DNA from: Alphaproteobacteria bacterium
GTDB taxonomy: Bacteria > Pseudomonadota > Alphaproteobacteria > Rs-D84
Direction: 5' to 3'
Length of the DNA stretch: 32,000 nt
Assembly: GCA_017475605.1 (NCBI GenBank)
Contig: JAFVFD010000005.1
Span: 210,001 to 242,000 of the forward strand
In this document: positions 16,079 through 23,583 of the stretch, piece after piece
How positions within the stretch are numbered: position 1 is the first letter of the stretch
How the letters are laid out: each line of letters starts with the position of its first letter
Position numbers and translations under genes: made by a program
The notes under the pieces: model-generated
What the model saw: the letters and a program-made list of their open reading frames with translations, nothing else
Databases searched by the model: none
What the model was told of the DNA's origin: nothing

Positions 16079-16584
16079 TGCAGTGGAACCAGGGCACAGC
16101 AGAAAAAAGGATAACAGATTTAGGCATGGACGACTTGCCACTGGTCCAGATGCGCCCATCACCACAACCTGTTGCCCCAGATTGGTTTAAAAAATATCAC
16201 GATACAGCGCGCTCTTTCATAATGTCTTTGACAGATTCTATCCAGGAACTGGCATTTATGAACCTGCCCCAAGATGATTTTATGGATTTAATCATGGGAC
16301 GACGCATACCAGAAAACCTGTCGTTAAGATTGCGCAAGCCACTTGTTTGGGGCGGAAAACTAGAAATCGATAATATGTTTCTTTGTATGACTTTCCCGCA
16401 CGCACACAATATGGACAGGTTTATTATTGAACAATCTGGGAATGATGTTATATGGATGCCGAATCCAACAAAAAAGATATATTTACCGGCGCACATGATG
16501 AATGGTGGCGACGGTGGCAACGCAACATCTGACCGGTTAAGCCAACTGGCATCACAAATCATGGCATCACGCGGAATGGAATAA
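16078..16584 (+). CDS. Hypothetical protein with degenerate HNH / colicin-DNase-like beta-beta-alpha-Me signature
   Basis: 168 aa. The ATG overlaps the upstream stop (TAATG). Residues 82-113 read SLRLRKPLVWGGKLEIDNMFLCMTFPHAHNMD, which resembles the GG...DN...P..H..H core of HNH nucleases. The His-His dyad is missing. Confidence 0.55.
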   Translation: MQWNQGTAEKRITDLGMDDLPLVQMRPSPQPVAPDWFKKYHDTARSFIMSLTDSIQELAFMNLPQDDFMDLIMGRRIPENLSLRLRKPLVWGGKLEIDNMFLCMTFPHAHNMDRFIIEQSGNDVIWMPNPTKKIYLPAHMMNGGDGGNATSDRLSQLASQIMASRGME

Positions 16585-16589
16585 AAAAC

Positions 16590-17024
16590 ATGAATATGAA
16601 TGAATTTATATCTTCGATGAAATCACGTGGTGCAATAATATTTCCACCGGCAACCACACGTGATATAACATTGGCAAACAACGCATTACAATCGCGCCGA
16701 TGCGCAATGTTTCCGGCAATTTTTAATAAACTTTACCAAACTGCATCATCAATTAACCTTGGCAACGGTTATATTTTTGGTCCGTTCGAGGTTTCGCGTG
16801 GCAACAAATACCCAATACCATCTATTGTTGATATAAATGTTGAATTATCTATTATTAGCGCCTTGCGTGGTAAAACAATATTTGGTCGGAACGATTTGTT
16901 TTTATTTGCATTTGATGCGTTTGGCGCGTTCTATATGCTGGATAACCTGGGGTTGCGCGTTTTGCGCAAATATGACGACCCCTATCGTGCCTTGTCCGAT
17001 TGTTTAATCGCAGGAAAATTTTAA
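16590..17024 (+). CDS. SUKH (SMI1/KNR4)-like protein, possible immunity protein
   Basis: 144 aa. The layout ...TTRDITLANNALQSRRCAMFPAIFNKLYQTASSINLGNGYIFGP......LFLFAFDAFGAFYMLDN...VLRKYDDPYRALSDCL follows the SUKH-1 pattern. That pattern is a ligand-like helix, x-P-x-x-(Y/F)-x-x-(F/L), a G-rich turn, then the hydrophobic FA-D-G-x-x-Y-x-LD strand pair. Judged by eye only. Confidence 0.5.
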   Translation: MNMNEFISSMKSRGAIIFPPATTRDITLANNALQSRRCAMFPAIFNKLYQTASSINLGNGYIFGPFEVSRGNKYPIPSIVDINVELSIISALRGKTIFGRNDLFLFAFDAFGAFYMLDNLGLRVLRKYDDPYRALSDCLIAGKF

Positions 17025-17025
17025 G

Positions 17026-17241
17026 ATGAAAAAAATATCTGTATCTTTATCCGGGCACCAAACCAGCATTTCACTGGAAGAAGATTTCATAGATGCCCTG
17101 CATAAAATAGCCACACACGATAATATTTCTGTTGCATCAATTATTCAAACAATTGATGACATGCGTTCACCGGAATCTAATCTTTCTTCTGCGGTGCGTT
17201 CATACATATTGCGCCGATACATGAAAGAATCAAAATTATAA
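17026..17241 (+). CDS. Ribbon-helix-helix protein, RHH_4 type
   Basis: 71 aa. SVSLSGHQTSISLEEDFIDALHKIATHDNISVASIIQTIDD...NLSSAVRSYILRRY matches the alphaproteobacterial RHH_4 pattern (G-H/R-x-T-S-x-x-L-E..F..AL..IA....NLSSAxR). The ATG lies 1 nt after the previous stop. The last 65 nt overlap the convergent lnt 3' end. Confidence 0.7.
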   Translation: MKKISVSLSGHQTSISLEEDFIDALHKIATHDNISVASIIQTIDDMRSPESNLSSAVRSYILRRYMKESKL

Positions 17242-19186
17242 TCATCCACCCATCACGACCAATTGTGCGATAAATGGTATCGTGCGCCCCCCAAATCGTG
17301 CCGTCCAGTATACCACTTTGCCCGATTGGTAACGATGCCACAACTTCACCATCTGACAAAACAAATGCACTTATTCCAGAATAATTAGCACGTATAACAG
17401 GTAACCCAGATTCAATCGCATAACGACGTACCATGTCAAGATGCTGATATGTACCCGGTGTATTTCCGAACCATGTATCATTAGTTATGTTTATAATCGC
17501 ATTCGGCCGCAATTCCGTATTATTCGGCACCAAAGAATCTGAAAAGATGATTTCATAACACACCGCCGGCGCGAATACAAAATCAGCGTTTTCCATATTT
17601 ATTGAAATCAATTCTGCACCAGTCCCAGATGCTAAATCAATCGGTGCCGGCATAAATCCCAATGGCCGATATTCCCCGAACGGCACCAGGTGTGATTTAC
17701 TGTAAATATTATTTATATTTCCATCGGGTCCAGCCACAATCAAGGAATTATATGGCCGGCCATCTGATACAGACGTTGCCCCAATAATCACATTTGTTTT
17801 TAGCGCGGTTGCCAACGGCATATCGTCAGAATCTATTATTGTGTATGGATATGATGTTTCCGGGAAAACGACCAAATCGGGTTCCCCTTCGTCCGCCGCC
17901 ATTTGAAAAAGTTTAATCAGATTTTCTTCTGCGCGCTTTAATGCGCCTTCACGCGAATAAACCATCTTTTCTGATTGTGATTGTGCCGGCTGAACAATAC
18001 GAATCATCGCCCCCGTTCCCATATCTTTTGACGACACTGAAATATTGTGTATACCGGAAAATCCGCCACATAGCGCGATTACTACAAACAATAAAAACAC
18101 AAACCAATTGCGCCACGATTTTATATTTTGTAATAATTCCACCGTCGCCGCAATTAACCCCACAATAACAAATGTTAATCCCAACGCGCCCCACACCGCC
18201 ATTGAATTAGATATAATCGGGCAAGGCATTGTTATATTTGCAACAGGATTCCATGGGAAACCTGTAAACACCCATTCGCGCAACCATAAAACAAGTGTCC
18301 AGATACCCGCGAACATAAATGGCCGTCCCGCCCCATGCGCGCGGAACAATGCCACGAAAGGAATTGTAAATATCAATACGCCCGCAATTCCCAAACCAAC
18401 CAAGCCAGGTATAGTCCATATAGCAAATTGTTTTGCAAGTTCTGGTACAACATATATTGAATGTAGTGTCCACCAAAACATAGCGATGGAATACATCGCA
18501 CCAAATGGTGCCACACGCAACATTTCACGCAAAACACCACCATGATTCATGCGCCTTGTTGTCAACCAATACGCACCACCGATGCCAATTAATGTTGCCC
18601 ACCAGGCATAAAATGGCGCAAAACCAAATGCCGCAACACAGCCAAACAGTGCATATAGCGCATATTGCCAAAAACTATTTTCACGTATTTTTATTTTTTT
18701 CAACAACGAAATTGTGCGCGCACCTGGACAACAAGAACCATTGGTGCACTCTATTTTTTCTTCATCCAAATATGGATTTTTATAGCCCAATTTTTTCATA
18801 ATTGCGATTTCACGCGATTCCATTATTTCCGCTTCATCATCGCGTATATGGTCATAACCTTGCAAATGCAACATCCCATGCACCACCATATGCGCGGTAT
18901 GTTCCGCAACCGATATGCCGGCGGCATCGGCTTCGCGTTTAACGGTATCAAGCGAAATATAGATATCCCCCAACAATATATCATCTCCCAATTCAAACGA
19001 CAGAACATTTGTTGGCTTATCCATACCACGATATTCTTTATTAAGTTTATGTATTTCGGCATCATTGGTCAGTGTAATAGACACTTCGGCATCACTACGT
19101 TTTGGGCCCGCCGCAGATGCGATTTTTTCAAAATCAACCGCATATTTTTTCCAACGTTTATCATCATAGTTTACATAAACTTTCAT
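17177..19186 (-). CDS. lnt: In-frame fusion: endoribonuclease YbeY (aa 1-139) + apolipoprotein N-acyltransferase Lnt (aa ~160-669)
   Basis: The N-terminal part has NVLSFE and the zinc motif HGMLHLQGYDH of YbeY, ending ...KKLGYKNPY. A linker follows (LDEEKIECTNGSCCPGARTIS). The multi-pass Lnt membrane domain comes next. The CN-hydrolase domain carries the catalytic E (VVFPETS), K (KSHLVPFGEY) and C (PAVCYEIIF). It is a single ORF with no stop, and GGGGGAAAAG SD precedes ATG 19186. Confidence 0.85.
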   Translation of the reverse strand: MKVYVNYDDKRWKKYAVDFEKIASAAGPKRSDAEVSITLTNDAEIHKLNKEYRGMDKPTNVLSFELGDDILLGDIYISLDTVKREADAAGISVAEHTAHMVVHGMLHLQGYDHIRDDEAEIMESREIAIMKKLGYKNPYLDEEKIECTNGSCCPGARTISLLKKIKIRENSFWQYALYALFGCVAAFGFAPFYAWWATLIGIGGAYWLTTRRMNHGGVLREMLRVAPFGAMYSIAMFWWTLHSIYVVPELAKQFAIWTIPGLVGLGIAGVLIFTIPFVALFRAHGAGRPFMFAGIWTLVLWLREWVFTGFPWNPVANITMPCPIISNSMAVWGALGLTFVIVGLIAATVELLQNIKSWRNWFVFLLFVVIALCGGFSGIHNISVSSKDMGTGAMIRIVQPAQSQSEKMVYSREGALKRAEENLIKLFQMAADEGEPDLVVFPETSYPYTIIDSDDMPLATALKTNVIIGATSVSDGRPYNSLIVAGPDGNINNIYSKSHLVPFGEYRPLGFMPAPIDLASGTGAELISINMENADFVFAPAVCYEIIFSDSLVPNNTELRPNAIINITNDTWFGNTPGTYQHLDMVRRYAIESGLPVIRANYSGISAFVLSDGEVVASLPIGQSGILDGTIWGAHDTIYRTIGRDGWMIIILILSCIGAICMNAPQKKD

Positions 19187-19211
19187 TTGTCTTTTCCCCC
19201 GCTATATACAT

Positions 19212-21125
19212 CTAGGCGCGGCTTGCACCATTTTTAACATTTGCCATTGTTGTTTTTTGGGTTGCCTTTTTCTTGATACGCGCCGCCCCATCATTAAACG
19301 CTATTTTCTGGGACGTTTGCTTTGTGTTTTTCTTTAACAAATTAGTTACACGCGTAACATCAGACTGTACACTTCGATTTCCATTTGCGACAGCTAATTT
19401 ATAATTTGCCAATGCTTTATTCAAATTACCCAATTGCTCGTATGCAAATCCGGCATTATATTGTGCGGCCGCATACTGTGATTTATCGCCAATACGTTTA
19501 ACAATTTCTTGGGCATGAAAGATGGCTTCTTCGTAACGGCCCAAATGATTGCAAGTCGCAGCCAAATCATTATGCAATAATGCATTATCAGGATATTCTT
19601 CTGCTAGATTTTCAAACAACATAAATGCTGTTTCATAGTCACCTGACTTATATACCTTTACCGCATCTGCGTACAAGTTTTCATAATTCATAACATACGT
19701 AGATTTTTCTATCTGCTTTTCTTTCACTGATTTAATTACAGGTTTTAATTCACAAATATTTTTATCACATTCCACCAATGCAAAATCTGGCATGTAATCA
19801 CGAACTTTTTTCCATCCCGCAATTGATTGTCCGTATTCATTAACCGGATTTTCTAGCCATTGTAAAAATTCTGCATATGTTGCCTTGTTTACAATTGTAT
19901 TACCATTTACATCTTTTTTCCAAAAAGCAGATTTATCTGTATTCTTGTTTTTTACATCTTTCTGTTTATACTTTAGAAAAGCAGAAAGGCCATCTATTGG
20001 ACACTTCAACAAAACATCTGGGGTTAAATCACCAGTAAGCAAACCTGCCTCGACCCAACGACGAATCCAGAGGCCACGTCCTTCGCGACAAAAATTACCA
20101 AGTGTATTTGCCACCGCCTTTTTAGATTTTCCGCCCAACCACATTTTTCCAAAACTGTATGTTGTATCTACAGGATTTTTCGCAAAAGCATCCAATACAT
20201 CTTCTTCGGAAAGCCCAGCACCCTTATCTTTATAGGCTTGTCTCAAATCTGCGAAACGATCATTTAATTGTCTGTTCCTTTTTTTGTTTATGAATTGTGG
20301 TTCAATTAAATTACTAAAACCGTTATACATAATAGATGCAATTGCCAATGCTTCTGGCACACTGTCTATATTTATAGAATTAAAGGCGGTATCATAACAA
20401 TACATTCCGAAATAAGTTTCCCCTTCTTCAAGGTGCCAACGGGCTAACTCATATGCTTCTTCGGTTGTAATAGGTTTTGTATATGACGTAACAGATGTCC
20501 CGTCCTTTAATACCGTAGAACCAAAACCAATTGTTGCACGTCCTTTTGGTTTTTGTCCTGGTCGTAATGGTTTACCTGTTGCATCATCATAGACCACATG
20601 TAAACCATCTTCGTTTACACGCACACCCTCGTTTGCGACAAGACTGGCAATCAAGAACGGTGTAACAGGTTTAATTTTTTCGCAATACCCGCCCAATGTT
20701 TTGTCTTCATATTTTAAGTCTATATTTTCAATTTTATCATCATCTATATTACCTGCCCCATCACGAGATTGAACAAACTTCGAACCGCCGATACCCAAAC
20801 TGGCCAACAACATCCACCAAGACACAATTGATGTAAAATTAGGATTTTTCTTTATAAACTTTGGGAACTTTTTATCAGCACCATTTTTATTTTTTCCGAC
20901 CTTGATTTCAGAAAATAATTTTTCACCACCGCGTGTTATATGATTATCCAATGTGATATATTTTGCCAACCACAGCAAAGCCTGGGCTGTTGCCGCTGTT
21001 GTAATACCCGTACCGCGTGCAACCTTGCCAAACATTTTTTTGGGGGTAGTATCCTTGATTTTTTTCCCCAGTTTTCCAACCGCCATGTGTGGCGCATTCA
21101 CAATGTGTTGAAATTTTTCAGACAT
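19212..21125 (-). CDS. Membrane-anchored GH24 (phage/T4-type) lysozyme-like protein with C-terminal TPR repeats
   Basis: 637 aa with a basic N-terminal region and one TM helix (FTSIVSWWMLLASLGIGG, about aa 97-114). The GH24 pattern is LVANEGVRV...VVYDDATG...GRATIGFGST...PITTEEAYELARWHL...EALAIASIMYNGF...GLWIRRWVEAGLL, with E166, D180/181 and T198 at the Glu-Asp-Thr positions. TPR-like repeats span about aa 482-583 (YETAFMLFENLAEEYPDN, LGRYEEAIFHAQE, AQYNAGFAYEQLGNLNKALANYKLA). AGGGGAAG SD upstream. Confidence 0.7.
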   Translation of the reverse strand: MSEKFQHIVNAPHMAVGKLGKKIKDTTPKKMFGKVARGTGITTAATAQALLWLAKYITLDNHITRGGEKLFSEIKVGKNKNGADKKFPKFIKKNPNFTSIVSWWMLLASLGIGGSKFVQSRDGAGNIDDDKIENIDLKYEDKTLGGYCEKIKPVTPFLIASLVANEGVRVNEDGLHVVYDDATGKPLRPGQKPKGRATIGFGSTVLKDGTSVTSYTKPITTEEAYELARWHLEEGETYFGMYCYDTAFNSINIDSVPEALAIASIMYNGFSNLIEPQFINKKRNRQLNDRFADLRQAYKDKGAGLSEEDVLDAFAKNPVDTTYSFGKMWLGGKSKKAVANTLGNFCREGRGLWIRRWVEAGLLTGDLTPDVLLKCPIDGLSAFLKYKQKDVKNKNTDKSAFWKKDVNGNTIVNKATYAEFLQWLENPVNEYGQSIAGWKKVRDYMPDFALVECDKNICELKPVIKSVKEKQIEKSTYVMNYENLYADAVKVYKSGDYETAFMLFENLAEEYPDNALLHNDLAATCNHLGRYEEAIFHAQEIVKRIGDKSQYAAAQYNAGFAYEQLGNLNKALANYKLAVANGNRSVQSDVTRVTNLLKKNTKQTSQKIAFNDGAARIKKKATQKTTMANVKNGASRA

Positions 21126-21138
21126 ATACTTCCCCTAT

Positions 21139-21501
21139 TTATTTCTTTCCAAAACCTGTACGTTTCGCAATTTTGGAACGTGTGCGCGCATAGTTCGGTG
21201 CCACGAACGGATAATCATGTGGCAACCCCCATTTTTCGCGATATTGTTCCGGTGTTAGATTAAATTTGCGTTTAATATAGCGGCGCAACATTATATGCCA
21301 TGTACCATCTTCCAAACACTGAATCTTATCTGGCCGTACAGACTTTGCTATTTCAGAATCACTTGCCGCCGACCCCAACAATGTTGTGCGCGCCTGGGCC
21401 ACCGCCGCCGCCATGGTAAGTTTCGGATTTGCAGCCATCGCCGCCGCCGCCAGGTTTGCGATTGCCAGTGCAACTTCGGGCTCTTTATTATTATTTACCA
21501 T
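21139..21501 (-). CDS. mucR: Ros/MucR-family transcriptional regulator (zinc ligands mostly substituted)
   Basis: 120 aa. KIQCLEDGTWHIMLRRYIKRKFNLTPEQYREKWGLPHDYPFVAPNYARTRSKIAKRTGFG is collinear with Ros ([58 protein letters not shown]). Confidence 0.85.
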   Translation of the reverse strand: MVNNNKEPEVALAIANLAAAAMAANPKLTMAAAVAQARTTLLGSAASDSEIAKSVRPDKIQCLEDGTWHIMLRRYIKRKFNLTPEQYREKWGLPHDYPFVAPNYARTRSKIAKRTGFGKK

Positions 21502-21580
21502 TTGCCAACCCCATATTTATGTACTATCATTATTATATCACAAATAAAGCACAAGTAAAATACAAGTAAAACAAAAATAG

Positions 21581-22858
21581 ATGACAACCGACACACGCCC
21601 TTTGGCAGATTTAATGCGTCCCAATACCATTGACGAAGTATTGGGGCAAACGGCTATTTTGGGCGAAAACGGCCTTGTTCGCCGTATGGTTGAAAATCAA
21701 AAAATATCTAATTTGATTTTATGGGGTCCGCCGGGGTGTGGTAAAACAACGATTGCGCGCGCATTGGCTAATTCAGTTGATATGGATTTTGTCCCTATGT
21801 CCGCAGTGTTTTCCGGCACCGCCGATATTAAAAAGGCGGTAGAGGCGGCAAAACTTCGCAAACAAATCGGTCGTGGCACATTATTATTTATCGATGAAAT
21901 CCATCGCTTTAATAAAACCCAACAGGACACACTTTTACCATATTTGGAAGATGGCACCGTTGTTTTTATTGGTGCGACAACCGAAAACCCGTCTTTTAAT
22001 TTAAACAATGCGTTATTGTCGCGCTGTCATATTGGGGTATTACAACCACTTGGCACAGATGATTTAATTGAATTGATGGCGCGCACTGAAAAATTCACCG
22101 GTAAAAAATTACCGCTGGATGCGGCGGCACGCACGCACCTTGCACAAATGGCGGACGGCGATGCACGATTTTTACTAAACACATTAGAATATTTATTAAA
22201 TGCAAAATTTAAAAAAGATTTATCGCCAGACGAACTTGATAACACAATTCAGAAACGCGCACCATTATCCGACAAAACCGGCGATGAACATTATAATTTA
22301 ATTTCTGCGGTACATAAATCGCTGCGCGCATCAGACACCGATGCGGCATTATATTGGGTTGCGCGCATGATGACCGGCGGTCAGGATCCTATGTATATAT
22401 TCCGCCGTCTTACCCGCTTTGCGATGGAGGATGTAGGCCTGGCCGACCCGAACGCAATTCAAATGGCAATTGCGACCTGGAACGCATACGAACGCATGGG
22501 CAGTCCCGAGGGCGACATTGCCCTGGCGGAATTGGTTGTATATCTTGGCACCGCACCAAAAAGCAATCGCCTGGACAAAGCAATACATGCGGCATACGCG
22601 GCGGCGAACGAGTTTGGGTCGTTGCCACCACCAAAAAATATTTTAAATGCCCCAACCCGCATGATGAAAAACATGGGCTATGGCGCGGGCTATATTTATG
22701 AACCAGATACCGAAAGCGGTTTTTCCGGACAAAATTGTTTTCCCGAATCAATGGGCCGACGCACTTTCTATACACCCGTTGAACGCGGTTTTGAACGTGA
22801 AATTAAAAAGCGACTTGATTATTGGAATGCCCTGCGTGAAAAATTGGGCAAGAAATAA
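21581..22858 (+). CDS. rarA: Replication-associated recombination protein A (RarA/MgsA, AAA+ ATPase)
   Basis: 425 aa. Walker A LWGPPGCGKTTIA and Walker B LLFIDEIHRFNK. GATTENPSF, HYNLISAVHKSLRASD and ALYWVARMM are all typical of RarA. Confidence 0.95.
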   Translation: MTTDTRPLADLMRPNTIDEVLGQTAILGENGLVRRMVENQKISNLILWGPPGCGKTTIARALANSVDMDFVPMSAVFSGTADIKKAVEAAKLRKQIGRGTLLFIDEIHRFNKTQQDTLLPYLEDGTVVFIGATTENPSFNLNNALLSRCHIGVLQPLGTDDLIELMARTEKFTGKKLPLDAAARTHLAQMADGDARFLLNTLEYLLNAKFKKDLSPDELDNTIQKRAPLSDKTGDEHYNLISAVHKSLRASDTDAALYWVARMMTGGQDPMYIFRRLTRFAMEDVGLADPNAIQMAIATWNAYERMGSPEGDIALAELVVYLGTAPKSNRLDKAIHAAYAAANEFGSLPPPKNILNAPTRMMKNMGYGAGYIYEPDTESGFSGQNCFPESMGRRTFYTPVERGFEREIKKRLDYWNALREKLGKK

Positions 22859-22860
22859 TA

Positions 22861-23583
22861 CTAGAATAAAATATTAACTTTTGCGCCGATTTGAACTTCT
22901 TCGTGTTCAAATTCATAGTCAAAGTGCGCAACATATTGTGTGCGACCGAATTGGGCAACACCCTTTAAATTCAGCCATTCCTGGTTATAATGTGGGTTTG
23001 TTGATTTGCGGAATGTAAAACCACCGCCCACGCGCCACATTTGGTCAATACGAAAATAAGATTCTGGGATAAAGTCAATATAACTCATTCCGCGGGTATC
23101 ATCAAAAATCCAAGTAGATTTTATTGTCGCGGCCAACGATACACCCGCCCATTGCCGACCGAAACGAAGTCCCGCGTAATATGATGAATCGGCAAACCAT
23201 GGTGTTCGTACGTGTTTCGAACCACCGAAACGAAATCCCGCAATAACATCCGAAATTAATTTCGCATTATTGTCGTCCGCGCGCGCCATGCGATATGTCC
23301 CGCCAAGGTCGATACTGGAAAAACCATCGGCATCATCAACAAAATCAATTTGGTAATGCACACGCCCCGAAATCGACAGCCGGTCGTTAAGGCCATAGCC
23401 GAATTCCTGGCCCAGCCTTAAGATATCATGTCCATATGAAATATCTGTTTTCGATAAAATTGCATCATCGCGCAAAATGAATAACGGATCAGATGTATCG
23501 GTTTCAATACCATAATCTGCGCGTGCCAAATTTGGCACAAACAAAAAAGCCAACACCGCAAAGATATTGAAAACCTGTTTCAT
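22861..23583 (-). CDS. Outer-membrane beta-barrel protein (small paralogue of the upstream OMP)
   Basis: Signal peptide MKQVFNIFAVLAFLFVPNLARA. The sequence shows alternating amphipathic strands and a C-terminal ...GAKVNILF with terminal Phe. It shares E(F/D)(G/S)YG(L/I)(N/T)DR(L/I)...G..(H/Q)Y(Q/E) with the 409-aa OMP. Start set at 23583, with AAAGGG 7 nt upstream. Confidence 0.65.
   Translation of the reverse strand: MKQVFNIFAVLAFLFVPNLARADYGIETDTSDPLFILRDDAILSKTDISYGHDILRLGQEFGYGLNDRLSISGRVHYQIDFVDDADGFSSIDLGGTYRMARADDNNAKLISDVIAGFRFGGSKHVRTPWFADSSYYAGLRFGRQWAGVSLAATIKSTWIFDDTRGMSYIDFIPESYFRIDQMWRVGGGFTFRKSTNPHYNQEWLNLKGVAQFGRTQYVAHFDYEFEHEEVQIGAKVNILF

Noticed and set aside
18045-19237. 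Plus-strand ORFs of 166 and 190 aa antisense to ybeY-lnt
   Set aside because: The opposite strand carries clear YbeY and Lnt catalytic motifs. These ORFs have odd composition (His/Phe/Ile-rich) and no SD.
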